64,000 bases of DNA from Eledone cirrhosa (Eukaryota), in the NCBI GenBank assembly GCA_964016885.1, contig OZ024749.1, forward strand, positions 5,146,001-5,210,000. The letters run 5' to 3'. Position numbers and translations under genes: made by a program. The first letter of the stretch is position 1; each line of letters begins with the position of its first letter. This document shows, in pieces, positions 23,909-36,981 of the stretch. The notes beneath the pieces are model-generated. The model saw only the letters and a list, made by a program, of their open reading frames with translations, had not been told where the DNA came from and did no database searches.

Positions 23909-24282
23909 GGGCGGGTAAAATTCCCTAGATCCATGGACTAGTTCTCTCCAGCGGTCTCTGTCCCTTATTATTGCTGCCATGTCCTGTGTTCCCACAGACT
24001 AATGTCTGCCCGTAGGACATCGACTTATGTTAACCTCGGACTTCCTCTTCCATTGTGTCACGCAGCACGGGAGCACTGAGTGCAGTGTCAACTCTGGATA
24101 TCGGTGAGCATGTCCAGCTAACCTCGGTCTCCTTTGTGTCACGTTCGTTGCTGTAGTGGAGTCTGTGCTGCTGTACGGGTCTGAGACTTGGACACAGACC
24201 AAGAAACTCACTCAGATAGTGGATGGGTGCAACATGAGAGTGATGAGGCTGGCTCTGAAAATTAATCAGTATACATTGAGGA

Positions 24283-24286
<4 letters not shown>
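23907..24286 (-). mobile_element. RTE-type LINE 3' fragment with an inverted 5' part
   Basis: Minus: QRRPRLAGHAHRYPELTLHSVLP; plus from about 24145: VESVLLYGSETWT...MRLALKINQY; matches 50278-50617. Confidence 0.8.
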
Positions 24287-24310
<24 letters not shown>

Positions 24311-24313
<3 letters not shown>

Positions 24314-24988
24314 TGAGGCGGTTTGTATAATAATATATTTTTATTTTATCATTCTGTCTGCTTCTTGGTTAAATATTTCAAACAAATGTGGTTTTTCAAC
24401 CCTTGTAATTTTAGACACACGGTTTACTGTGTTTCTTACTATATATTAATCGGCTCAGTATTTTTATACTTGGAGCTTAATAGTTACAGGGTCCCAATTG
24501 GAGTTTTAACTCTAATTTTCATATATATTTCTACTCCCTCACAAGTCGAGCTTATTAAGTTGTGTGTGTTGGACTGTTATTTCTATTCAATACGCGCTTA
24601 CCACGTTTGACTAGCGGCGGACGAGGTGACAAATTCATCTTTCTGTGTGAACGTTGGCAAATAGTGTTTGTTGCATTTAATCAGATTCTCTCGCTGATGA
24701 TGCCCAAGATTTTCTGTTACAAACACACTCAGGGCGAAACAGATTAGGGATCATCTGTCCGAGAGATATAATGGTTATTGAGGCGGTCTGTATAATAATA
24801 TATTTTTATTTTATCATTCTGTCTGCTTCTTGGTTAAATATTTCAAACAAATGTGGTTATTCAACCCTTGTAATTTTAGACACATGGTTTACTGTGTTTC
24901 TTACTATATATTATTAATCAGCTCAGTATTTTTATACTTGGAGCTTAATAGTTACAGGGTTCCAATTGGAGTTTTAACTCTAATTTTC
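24311..24988 (+). mobile_element. Retrozyme-like / non-autonomous PLE unit: ~465-bp monomer with ~210-bp terminal direct repeats and an internal hammerhead
   Basis: 24311-24520 is repeated at 24776-24988; (AT)n on both sides; no credible ORF. Confidence 0.75.
24687..24766 (+). ncRNA. Intact type I hammerhead ribozyme; predicted cleavage after GTC at 24759
   Basis: TCTCTCG-CTGATGA-tGCCC...GGGC-GAAA-CAGAT(tagggatc)ATCTG-TC-CGAGAGA; all three stems pair. Confidence 0.88.
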
Positions 24989-24998
24989 ATATATATAT

Positions 24999-25070
<72 letters not shown>

Positions 25071-25112
25071 AAAAGCGAAAAATCAGTGATGCATCGGAAC
25101 TCAATTTATTGT

Positions 25113-25200
25113 GTGTTACAATTGTTTCCCCGCCGAACAGCTCGAGGTGCGATCCGTGTGTGGATCGACCTGACTCTAGACTCGCAGGTTCCTCGGACAC
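25113..25200 (-). ncRNA. Type I hammerhead motif with long stem II and CCGAGGA core
   Basis: GTGT-CCGAGGA-aCCTGC...GCGGG-GAAA-CAATTG-TA-ACAC, then AATAAA. Confidence 0.65.
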
Positions 25201-25633
25201 GTCCATTGATTTCGGAGCGTATCCTCTTTCTGGGCTTTCTGGCCGTACAGGCCTATATCGTCCAACTTCATCCTTTTTGCACGTCCTTGGGTTGGTCACT
25301 GGTTAGTGACGTCATCATTATTCTGACCAGTGGTAGCAGCCCCCTGACCGTCAGGGCGTGAGCGGCCACTGACCCACTGCCCCGCCGGCAAAATTACTGC
25401 TGTTTGTCAGGTCACACTCGCGCGCACACACACACGCACACATACACACACACGCACATACACACACGCACACACACACACACACATACAGACTAGCTTG
25501 TGTGTTTAGGCTCACACACAGAAATAGTCACACATACACGCATACATGCACACAGAGAAGCACAGACATGCGCGTTTATATACGCACGCATATAGACACA
25601 CACACATACACGCACCCGTATATATACATGCAC

Positions 25634-25665
<32 letters not shown>

Positions 25666-25674
25666 CCACACACA

Positions 25675-25737
<63 letters not shown>

Positions 25738-26489
25738 ACGCATCCATATATACACATACACGCACATATATATGTATACATACATACACTTATATACACA
25801 TACATATATATATATATACACTCATCTACACACACACAAAAATATACAAAAAATACATAAAAGAGAAGCATATAAAGATACACATTGTGTTGTCCATGCA
25901 GACAGTTGATATGCGGCCAACGTGGATTAATCCAGGTATAGACACCTCTAGCAAGGCTACATATGGAGAGTTCATGCTATTAATGTAAAGGGTATGCCCA
26001 GGCAGTATATAGAAAATGCATGTAGAATATATTAAAAAAATGTATGTAGAATATATAAAAAAATACATACATCTGAATGATATGAGGAAAGTATACACAG
26101 ATACACATTGGTTTGTACATGGAAAAATACAGGGGTGTTACGTAATGGAGTGCGTGGAGAATATGCACATACCACTGAAAAGATACACATGTAGGGAGTG
26201 CGTAAACAGGCCATAATGGAGCATGCCACTGTGGGTGAGAGTGCATTATTGATGCATTGTACGGGACTGAATATCTGTGGAAGTTGAGACCCCGTATCCC
26301 GGCTCATGCGATGTTGTTGCCTAGGATGACGTGCCGAGACCGATAGGCAGCATAGGTTGCGTCTACTTACCCCACAGGGCATACATAGTCAACAAGGTAT
26401 GGTGTCTGTCTGATTCCTTGGACGCGCGCCGCCACTCGAACCGGTGTACGCTTCCCTGAATGCCTTAGGTTGGGCTGTCCGGTTGCGTC

Positions 26490-26850
26490 CATGCGGATAA
26501 TGTGCATTTTCTCTGGTGTCTGCACGTCATGATAATCTACGATTTCACGTTGACCGCATCATCCTTCAATCTGACTATCTCCATGGCCTCGGATAGGCAT
26601 AGCCTACACTTCCTGTTTCCAGCCGAATATGCATTTGCATTGTGAACGATATTTCAATTGAGATCATACAGGGTGCCGTTGTCTTTCAAGTCCCATATTA
26701 GGTGCGCTCAGCTTCTTGAAAGAGTTTGTGTGATTATACATCCTCGATTTAAAGGTTGTGGATGGTGCGCCGATGTAGGTGCGATTGGTGTTGTCCGTGT
26801 TAACCACACATTTATATACTAGGCCCTTCGTTAGGCATCGAGTGCTCAAG
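26490..26850 (-). pseudogene. PLE GIY-YIG endonuclease remnant (resembles Naiad-type C-terminus)
   Basis: CLTKGLVYKC...TYIG..STTFKSRMYNH, frameshift, then IWDLKDNGTLYDLN*NIV...CRLCLSE...CRHQRK. Confidence 0.8.
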
Positions 26851-27126
26851 CGGCATACCGCCTATAGAATCATCTTAGCTACCATTAGACATATATATAT
26901 ATATAAAAGATAACAACATATCGTTATAGGTAATACAATTAAAGGTTGTGAATATTTCTTCTTATCGATACTTTTAGCGTACGGCGTTGCTTGACTCAAC
27001 AAGAGGTTTACGTAGATGACGGGTTTATGATTTCACTTGTATTCCTATGTAAGTTTATCTTGGAGTAATAAAATTGAAAATGTGGAGAATAACATGGTCA
27101 ACAGTACAAAAAAGGGGATTTATTTG

Positions 27127-27236
27127 CAGTCTAACAATTGTTTCACTGATAGAGCTGTCTAAAAATTGCTGAACACTAAAAACAGTGTCACTCAATTTTA
27201 AATACGATGTTAACTCCATTAGATCATCGGAAACTG
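27127..27236 (-). ncRNA. Type I hammerhead motif with CCGATGA core
   Basis: CAGTTT-CCGATGA-tCTAATGGAG...CTCTATCAGt-GAAA-CAATTG-TT-AGACTG, then AATAAA. Confidence 0.6.
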
Positions 27237-27769
27237 TTAAAGTTTATATATATATATATATATAGTTCATTACTTCTCATGACTTTACCTGCAAGTTGAA
27301 GTTGCAGACACAGGCACGGACGGTATGGCTATATATATATAGCAGGTTCCTTGCCTCTCATGGCATGACCTGCAAGTTGAAGACACCTAATACGGATGGT
27401 ATGGCTAATGGGCGAAAGGTTGGCGTGATAAATTTGATTGTAACACGGTGAAGAGGTTTGATGTTTTACACTCTTCTGAGCATTCGTGTGTTATAAAGCT
27501 TTGTCTATAGGTATTGTCACTGACCATGATTCACAGGAAGACAGGAAGATTGTTACCACTGGAGGTTTGAAGAATCTAACTTTTGTTTTTATGGTTAAGT
27601 TATATTTCCACAGCTTTGTTAACGAGTACAGAGCAAACCATGCTTGAGTTATCCTATTGTTCCTCTCATTTGACGATTTGTTGTATGTGTGTGTGACAGC
27701 TCACACCTATGTTGGTTTAGCTGGCCTCCTTCAAGGTATATATTGTTGGATGTGTCTTGGGTGATTTAA

Positions 27770-27935
27770 TGATAGACCCCAATCCTATCATCTCACTTGT
27801 ACAGCTGAGTAAACTGGAGCAACGTGAAATAAAGTGTCTTGTTCAAGGAAACAACACACCGCCCGGTCCGAGAATTGAACTCACAACCTTTCGATTGCAA
27901 GCCCACTGCTCTAACCACTAAGCTATGCGCCTTCA
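27770..27935 (-). mobile_element. tRNA-derived SINE family 2 (V-domain-like)
   Basis: Head with tagcttagtggttag and gagttcaattct; core tccttgaacaagacactttatttcacgttgctccag. Confidence 0.8.
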
Positions 27936-28518
27936 CTTATTGTATGCAACAAAGTATTTGAAATCTATTTTCTTGAACGATTTGAAGACAGTTTGAAACC
28001 ATCAGCAATGCCGTTTCCTTATTCCTTTACTTTTGACAGGTCATCTTCCAAGCGGAATGATTGTAAAAGTAGAGGTTTCCGTGGTCTCTTGTGCAATTGT
28101 TTATGCTTTGAAATTTATAAAAGTTTTAAAGGGTTTCAAGCTCCCAGATATCTTGGGAATGTGCAACTTATATGTCAAGGAGCTGTGTTCTTTCTGCAAG
28201 AAGCAAAGTTCAGTTATATTTTAGTACAATAATCTCAGGTATGTAAATGAACATATAGTTTAGGCATTCGATCATCAAACTCCTCATGGCTGAACTGTAT
28301 TGTACATATTTGTATGTATGTGTGTATACATGCATGTATGTGTGTATTTATGTATGTTTTTTGGAAGGATGCCTAAATATATATATATACATGTGTGTGA
28401 GTGTGTGTTCTAATATGTATATCTGTATAGGTCTCTGTTTTCAATGTGTGAACGTATATATATATATTATATGTATATATATTATATATATATATTATAT
28501 ATATATATATTATATATA

Positions 28519-28594
<76 letters not shown>

Positions 28595-28804
28595 AAGAGA
28601 GAGAGAGAACAAATTTTAAATTGTAATGGATTCTACGGGTTCTACAGGATAAGAACTTCTTCATTCGAAGGAACCTGATGATTTCCTTCAAATGAAACAA
28701 TTTTAGTCTTGTAGAAGCCATTCCTATATTAAATTTGTTGTATACACTCTACTAGTCTAGTGTATTGAGTACCTTACTCACTGTAGTTATAGCCGATTGA
28801 ACCC

Positions 28805-28882
<78 letters not shown>

Positions 28883-28894
28883 AAATATACACAG

Positions 28895-30180
28895 CATTCT
28901 CCAGCATGGACGTTAACATAAGGTTCAGCATGGAGCACCCTAATGACACTGGATCCCTCTCCCTGCTAGACTTCCAACTCAGGGTAACGGAAGATGGCAA
29001 CATCCACACCAGCCTCTACATAAAAGCTGCTAGCATGGAGATGTTCGCCTATTTCAAATCGGCCCTCCTACTTGGTACCAAGTCCGGATACATAAGGAAT
29101 AAATGCAGCACTACAGGAGACCGAGACACACACACCACACACTTCTTGGTAGTACTTAAGCTACACGGTTACCCGACATCCGCCGTGAATCACGTTAAAA
29201 ATCAGGAAACACCGTATTCGAAACACGAACTCCACCAAAACCTACTTCCTGAAGCTCCCACATTTCAGTGATGACAACAGCCATCCACAGGGCCATCCGA
29301 CGAGAAGGACTAGACTTACATCTAACTTATTTGGGGCCCTGACTACACGGACAACTACCTTGAATACGTGCTAGAGACACAACAGGCACTGCATGCTGGC
29401 CAACTGCCCCATCGATAACACACACATATGCCATCAACCATACCTCGTATACAGAGTCCAGTGTGATAAATGCGACAACTTCTATATAGGTAGCACCACC
29501 AGACACCTACACACCAGTATTAAGGACCACATCAACACTAACTCATCCTTATCCAAGAAACACTTAGTGAAAGGCAAAAAACACCACAAAAAAAAGAAGA
29601 GTTAAGGTTGAAACAAAAGAAAGAAACCTCGGCAATCTCAGAATTAAAGAAACATTAATCATAGCCAGAACACACCCGTAAATCAGTAATAGACTAGAAC
29701 TAAGGACACAATACCTAACATAGAACTATGCACACAACACCGAACTTAGAAGGCTACGGGACTCTACACATAAGCGTACACATAGGCATGCTTACGAGCA
29801 CATTATCCATCCTGGAGAAATTGTGTATATGCATTAATGTGTTTACGTGATTCTACCCAAGCGTGTTTATGCACGTGTTTGTCAGCGCGTATTAATATAT
29901 ATGTATCTAAGTGAAACAACTAAAGGGAAACAACTCTGTGCCCTTTTGACCTGTCCAGACATTTATTTTTAAAACAAAAGGGTTAGAAAAATAAATAATA
30001 AAACCACTTCCGGCCATCTTAGTATAGCAGGCCACATAGGATACTGGAATAGTTATTTTATTTTCCTCGGATGAAGAGATATTAATCTCGAAATATTAGG
30101 AGGTATGAATAAATTAATGTAAAAAAAAAACAAACCCTGTTTCTTTGGATTTAATTATTCTCCGTCCAAACCTGCATTAT
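28895..30180 (+). mobile_element. Degenerate Penelope-like element (RT C-terminus, GIY-YIG, 3' UTR)
   Basis: IRFSMEHPNDTGSLSLLDF..LYIK; LVYRVQCDKCDNFYIGSTTRHLHTSIKDH; decayed HHR near 30063-30103. Confidence 0.82.
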
Positions 30181-30204
30181 TCTGGCCTTCAATATATATA
30201 TATA

Positions 30205-31057
30205 TTCATTAGTTAAGCAAAACAAGACCACAAATTTCACAAGGAAGACATTATTAAAAGATTGTCAACATATTTTAGTTTGATGTAAGGAATGTAGAGA
30301 ATAATAATAATAATAATATTAATAATAATAATTGTTTCTACTTTAGGCACAAGGCCAGCAATTACACAGTGCATTACTGGTACTTTATTTTATCGACCCC
30401 GTAAGGATGAAAGGCAAAGTATACCTCGGTGGGATTTGAACTCAGATCGTAAAGGGACGTAACTATGCTGGAAAGCATGGCGTCCGACCCTCTACCGATA
30501 CTGCCAATCCACCGCCTTTTGATTATTAGTAATAATAATTGTTTCTACTTTAGGCACAAGGCCAGCAATTAACCAGTGAATTACTGGTACTTTATGTTAT
30601 CGACCCCGTAAGGATGAAATGCAAAGTTAACCTCGGCGGGATTTGAACTCAGAATAGCAAGGGCCGTAACTCTATGCGTCAAAGCATGGCGTCCGACTCT
30701 CTACCAATACTGCCAATCCACCGCCCTTTATTAATAATAATAATGTCCGTTTACAATTGTTTCGCTACTCCATATAATATTTCTGGATCAAATAACTATA
30801 TATTATTGATCTGGTTCAGTTGAAAATAATTAACATAATTAAAGATAGAGCGGCTCATAGGAACTTCAAAGAAATATAAATTAAAATAAGGAAACAATGT
30901 TACATAATGTAATGTTCCATATATTGGTATTTCACTATGGTGTCCTCGGTGTATCAATTGTCTGCCATAATCAAGCAGTATTCTTCTGTCGAGGCTGCAT
31001 TGTGTGAGATCTTCCTTGTGAAATTTGTGGTCTTGTTTTGCTTAACTAATGAATATT
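30205..31057. repeat. Pair of ~45-bp inverted repeats enclosing two SINEs
   Basis: attcattagttaagcaaaacaagaccacaaatttcacaaggaaga with its reverse complement at about 31010-31055. Confidence 0.75.
30329..30726 (-). mobile_element. Two tandem SINE family 1 copies
   Basis: 30329-30516 and 30536-30726, full head and (AAT)n tail. Confidence 0.9.
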
Positions 31058-31220
31058 TCCAGCTCTGCGCGCCTAACTTCTGCATGAACCCAGCCACCTA
31101 GCTGCTTTCCACTGCATATTGCACATGGAGCACATGCCTTTACGCTTTGGCTTCTAACTAATTCACCAATCTCTCCTCTCCTATCTACATCTCTCTCTTT
31201 AAGATTGGTTACTCTTGAAC

Positions 31221-31325
<105 letters not shown>

Positions 31326-31719
31326 ATATTTGGGAGGGTCATATTGTTATAATATTGCCAGACGTAAAAATAAAACACATTCACTGGGTTTGGATTGTAG
31401 TTTTTATATAACAGAAAATAATATCTTTCAATAACCTTTGGGCTTGGCATAAGCTAATGCCGCGACAGCGGTGAATTTGTTTTGCAAGTTATTTTTATAT
31501 GAAAACGTGTGTTGAAACAAATATTAGGCTACACAGGCAAACACACCAGGAGATACGGATACATTTAGGGGATACGCAGGTTTTTCTATTATTTCTACCG
31601 TATTGTCTATTATTCCTGTGTATTTCTGGTAATCTTGTAGATATGTCGGATTGCTGGGTTTATTATTATTATTATTATTGGTATTGTTGCTGTTGTCGAT
31701 GTTGCCAGGGGCAGGGTTT

Positions 31720-32552
31720 GAAAGAATCGCTAGAGCATCGAACTGACAGAATACCTAGAGCGTCTGACAACATGCTTTGCCGCATATAGTCGCGACCTTT
31801 TATCCTGAATTCAACTTTCGCTGAGATTTGCTGTGAGTTTCTACCTTACGTAGTTGCTAAAGTAAATTACCAGTAATGCATTGGGGGATCATATAATCGA
31901 CTTTCTTTTCCCTTCAAATTAATGGCGTTGTACCTAAAGTAGAAACAATTATTATTAAACTGTCGAAATGGCGGAGTCGTTAGAAGGTCGGATTAAATGT
32001 TTCAGTATTTCAAATCAAACCACTGCCACTTTCTACCTTTCATTCGGTAGAGGGTCGGACATGCGTTCCAGCATAGTTACGTCCCTTTACGATATGAGTT
32101 CAAATCCCGCCGAGGTTAACTTTACCTTTCATCCATACAGAGGTCGATAAAATAAAGTACCAGTAATGTACTGGGTTATTGCTGGCATTGTGCCAAAAAG
32201 TAGAAACAATTATTTAAAGCCCTTTATGGTCTGAGTTCAAATCCCGCCGAGGTTACCTTTGCCTTTCATACTTACGGGGTCGATAAAATAAAGTACCGAT
32301 AAAATAATGCACTGGGTAATTGCTGACCTTGTGCCAAAAGTAGAAACGATTGTTTAAAGGTCGCGCGGAGTATTGGCAGTATCGGTAGAGGGTCGGACGC
32401 CATGCTTTGAGGAATAGAGTTACGGCCGTTACCATTCTGAGTTCAAATCCCGCCGAGGTTAACTTTGCCTTTCATCCTTATGGGGTCGATAAAATAAAGT
32501 ACCAGTAATGCACTGGTTAATTGCTGACCTGGTGCTAAAAGTAGAAACAATG
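31720..32552 (+). mobile_element. Cluster of about four SINE family 1 copies (one old, others partial or full)
   Basis: Repeated gagttcaaatcccgccgaggtt...gtagaaacaat. Confidence 0.85.
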
Positions 32553-32809
32553 ATTTCAAGGTCGTTAACTGAATTATTTATCTAGTACTGAGTTCGAATT
32601 TCTCTCCTCTCCTTTTGGAATACATCGGTCGTGTTCCGTTTATCAGGATGGCACCCCTGCGACATTTTGTCATGGGACATCATCTCGTTCCCTCGTGATA
32701 CCATCACCCCATCCTTACTTCCATCATTATTATTAGCATATCTTATCAGCCTCGTTGTCACCTACATCATAACATTTCCCATGTTTATTGTTCCTTTCTT
32801 CGTCAACAG

Positions 32810-33550
32810 CATCACAACCTCTCACCGTCCATTTCATCGCCATAATCATCACAACCTCTCAACGTACATTTCATCGCCATAATCATCACAACCTCTCACC
32901 GTACATTTCATCGCCATAATCATCACAAACTCTCAACGTACATTTCATCGCCATAATCATCACAACCTCTCACCGTACATTTCATCGCCATAATCATCAC
33001 AACCTCTCACCGTACATTTAATCGCCATAATCATCACAACCTCTCACCGTACATTTCATCGCCATAATCATCACAACCTCTCACCGTACATTTAATCGCC
33101 ATAATCATCACAACCTCTCACCCTACATTTCATCGCCATAATCATCACAACCTCTCACCCTACATTTCATCGCCATAATCATCACAACCTCTCACCGTAC
33201 ATTTCATCGCCATAATCATCACAACCTCTCACCGTACATTTAATCGCCATAATCATCACAACCTCTCACCCTACATTTCATCGCCATAATCATCACAACC
33301 TCTCACCGTCCATTTCATCGCCATAATCATCACAACCTCTCACCGTCCATTTCATCGCCATAATCATCACAACCTCTCACCGTCCATTTCATCGCCATAA
33401 TCATCACAACCTCTCACCGTACATTTCATCACCATAATCATCACAACCTCTCACCGTCCATTTCATCGCCATAATCATCACAACCTCTCAACGTCCATTT
33501 CATCGCCATAATCATCACAACCTCTCACCGTCCATTTCATCGCCATAATC
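32810..33550. repeat. 37-bp minisatellite, about 20 units
   Basis: catcacaacctctcaccgtacatttcatcgccataat head-to-tail without spacers. Confidence 0.97.
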
Positions 33551-34163
33551 AATAAACCTTTATTAATACTTCATCATCATCCTCACTATTTTTCTTCTTC
33601 GTTTGTCATCATCATATTCTAAGAATATATATATATATATATATATTTATATGTGTGTGTGTGTCTATTTCTTGTGTATAAGATTGTATGTGTATGTGTT
33701 ACATGTGTTTCGTTGATCTTAGGCTCTGTGTACATTTGAGGGGGAATTGGATTTGTGTAGCGCATGCGTGTTATGTCGGTACAATGTCTAATCTTAATGG
33801 GTGTGATGCGTGTGTATGACCTTGTGTGTGCTGGGGGTTAAGTGTTATACGTGTGCGATTGTGTGTACTGTGCCTATTTCAGTGGAGATGTGAGTTTTGT
33901 GTGTAGGTGGGTTGCGTACGTGTGTGGAGGTGATGTTGTGTAAGTGGTGTGTGCATGTATCGTGTGAATTAACTTGTGTACGTGTCATGTGTGAGAGAGG
34001 TTATGTGTGTGCACCTACTACGTGTGCTTGTGTGTGCATGTGTGTGCATGTGTGTGCATATGTTATGAATGTGGGTTAAGTATCGATGTGTAAATATTTT
34101 GTGTTATAAATATGCGTATGTGTGTGTACTGAGTGTGTACGTACGGTAGCTATGTGTGTTTGT

Positions 34164-34470
34164 GAAGGCGCGTGGCTTACAAATTTAAGATCGTGAGTTC
34201 CATTCACGGCGGCGGGATGGGTCCTTGAGCAAGACACTTTATTTCACGTTGCTCCAGTACACTCAGCTGGCAAATGTGACTTATACCAGTAATTCGAGTA
34301 GCCAGTAATTCGAGTAGCCAGCCTTTTCATATTCTGTGACATGCTGAATCTCCCTGAGAACTACGTTAATTTGCGTGTGTCTGTGGAATGCTCAGCCACA
34401 TGCGCGTTAATTTCACGAGCAGGCTGATCGGATCAACTGGAACACTCGTCGTCATAACCGACGGAATGCC
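34164..34470 (+). mobile_element. SINE family 2
   Basis: gaaggcgcgtggct...tccttgagcaagacactttatttcacgttgctccag. Confidence 0.8.
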
Positions 34471-34479
34471 TTTTTCTAA

Positions 34480-36330
34480 TGTTTGTTTGTGCCTGTGTTA
34501 TGTGTATTTGTGCCTGTGTTATGTGTGTTTGTGCCTGTGTTATGTGTGTTTGTGCCTGTGTTATGTGTGTTTGTGCCTGTGTTATGAGTGTTTGTGCCTG
34601 TGTTATGTGTGTTTGTGCCTGTGTTATGAGTGTTTGTGCCTGTGTTATGTGTGTTTGTGCCTGTGTTATGTGTGTTTGTTCCTGCGTTATCTGTGTTTGT
34701 GCCTGTGTTATGTATGTTTGTATCTGCGTTATGTGTTTGTGGCTGTGTTATCTGTCTTTTTGCCTGTGTTATGTGTGTTTGTGCCTGTGTTATCTGTGTT
34801 TGTGTTATGTGTGTTTGTGCCTGCGTTATGTGTTTGTGGCTGTGTTATCCGTCTTTGTCCCTGTGTTATGTGTGTTTGTGTGCGTGTTATCTGCCTTTGT
34901 CGCTGTGGTATGTGTGTTTGTGGCTGTGTTATGTGTGTGTGTGTGTGCGTGTTATATGTCTTTGTGCCTGTATTATGTGTGTTTGAGCCTGTGTTATGTG
35001 TGTTTGTGCCTGTGTTATGTGTGTTTGTGTGCGTGTTATCTGTCTTTGTGCCTGTGTTATGTGTGTTTGTGGCTGTGTTATGTGTGTTTGTGTGCGTGTT
35101 ATCTGTCTTTCTGCCCGTGTTATGTGTGTTTGTGCCCGTGTTATGTGTGTTTGTGCCTGTGTTATGTGTGATTGTGCCTGTGTTATGTGTGTTTGTCCCT
35201 GTGTTATGACTTTGTGCCTGTGTTATCTGTCTTTGTGCCTGTGTTATCTGTCTTTGTCCCTGTGTTATGTGTGTTTGTGGTGTGTGTCTGTGGCTGTGTT
35301 GTGTGTGTGTGTGCGTGTTATTTGTCTTTGTGCCTGTGTTATGTGTGTTTGTGGCTGTGTTGTGTGTGTGTGTGCGTGTTATCTGTCTTTGTGCCTGTGT
35401 TATGTGTGTTTGTGCCTGTGTTATGTTTGTTTGTTCCTGTGTTATGTGTGTTTGTGTGCGTGCTATCTGTCTTTGTGCCTGTGTTATGTGTGTTTGTGGC
35501 TGTGTTATGTGTGTTTGTGTGCGTGTTATCTGTCTTTGTGCCCGTGTTATGTGTGTTTGTGCCCGTGTTATGTGTGTTTGTGCCTGTGTTATGTGTGTTT
35601 GTCCCTGTGTTATCTGTCTTTGTGCCTGTGTTATCTGTCTTTGTGCCTGTGTTATGTGTGTTTGTGGCTGTGTTGTGTGTGTTTGTGTGCGTGGTATTTG
35701 TCTTTGTGTTATGTGTGTTTGTGGCTGTGTTGTGTGTGTGTATGTGCGTGTTATTTGTCTTTGTGCCTGTGTTATGTGTGTTTGTGGCTGTGTTGTGTGT
35801 GTGTGTGCGTGTTATCTGTCTTTGTGCCTGTGTTATGTGTGTTTGTGCTTGTGTTATGTGTGTTTGTGTCTGTGTTATGTCTTTGTCCCTGTGTTATGTG
35901 TGTTTGTGGCTGTGTTATGTGTGTTTGTGCCTGTTATGTGTGTTTGTGCCTGTGTTATGTATGTTTGTGTGCGTGTTATCTGTCTTTGTGCCCGTGTTAT
36001 GTGTGTTTGTGCCCGTGTTATGTGTGATCGTGCCTGTGTTATGTGTGTTTGTCCCTGTGTTATCTGTCTTTGTGTTATGTGTGTTTGTGGCTGTGTTATG
36101 TGTGTTTGTGGCTGTGTTATGTGTGTTTGTGGCTGTGTTATGTGTGTTTGTGGCTGTGTTATGTGTGTTTGTGGCTGTGTTATGTGTGTTTATCACTGTG
36201 TTATCTGTCTTTGTGCCTGTGTTATGTGTGTTTGTGGCTGTTTTATGTGTGTTTGTGGCTCTGTTATGTGTGTTTGTGCCCGTGTTATGTGTGTTTGTGC
36301 CTGTGTTATGTGTGTTTGTGGTATGTGTGT
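34480..36330. repeat. 21-bp GT-rich minisatellite (gtgcctgtgttatgtgtgttt)
   Basis: Tandem units with variants. Confidence 0.95.
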
Positions 36331-36700
36331 TTCCTGCCTTAGATATGTATTCCTTGGCCCTGCCTATTTGCAATGATGACCCCTTACTAAACACAATACC
36401 TTATCTTCCGGACTCTTAGAGTTTGTCATTGTTATGGACGTCAGAGGAGTCGTTTCTTCCAGTACGTGAAGTTCATTAGGGAAATCTTTTAAGATAATAA
36501 TTTCACATTGTTGGTGTTCCACTCATTATCGATATAACAGGAAGGGGACTATTGATATATTTGTTGGCAGTGAATGGAAAGCGGTACTTGAAGAGAAGCC
36601 ATGTGTTGAACCATATAGAGAACGGGTATTTAGTTGCATTCTGCGATATATATTGCCACTGTTTCTCACTCAAATCACATCCTACCGTCTCACAAAATAA

Positions 36701-36981
36701 CCTTCTTCTTCTTTTTCTTCTTTTCTTCTTTTTCTTATTTTTGTTATTTTTCTTTTTTTTCTTCTTTTTCTTCTTTTTCTTCTTTTTCTTCTTTTTCTTC
36801 TTTTTCTTCTTTTTCTTCTTTTTCTTCTTTTTCTTCTTTTTTTTTCTTGTTCTTCTGCTTCTTCTGCTTTTTCTGCTTCTTCTTCTTCTGATGCTTCTGC
36901 TTCTTCTTCTTGTTCTGCTTCTTCTTCTTCTTCTTGTTGTTCTTCTTCTTCTGCTTCTTCTTCTTTGGCTTCTTCTGCTTC
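36701..36981. repeat. (TTC)n-type repeat, probable tail of the adjacent LINE fragment
   Basis: TTC/TTTTTCTTC/TTCTGC units. Confidence 0.9.

Larger units (their letters stand above)
25067..26870 (-). mobile_element. Degenerate Penelope-like element 3' part (GIY-YIG plus putative 3' UTR with hammerhead)
   Basis: GIY-YIG remnant at 26490-26850 and a same-strand HHR with AATAAA near 25110; continuity across the (CA)n tract is inferred. Confidence 0.6.

Noticed and set aside
26654-26656. In-frame TGA in the GIY-YIG remnant as selenocysteine
   Set aside because: It aligns to a probable Trp, the copy also has a TAG and a frameshift, and no clear SECIS was found
32359-32460. tRNA gene
   Set aside because: A/B boxes belong to a SINE head; no complete cloverleaf
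32810-33550. 37-bp repeat of CRISPR-like length
   Set aside because: Units are directly adjacent with no spacers
34388-36419. Cys-rich metallothionein-like ORFs
   Set aside because: Translation of a 21-bp GT-rich minisatellite, open in several frames
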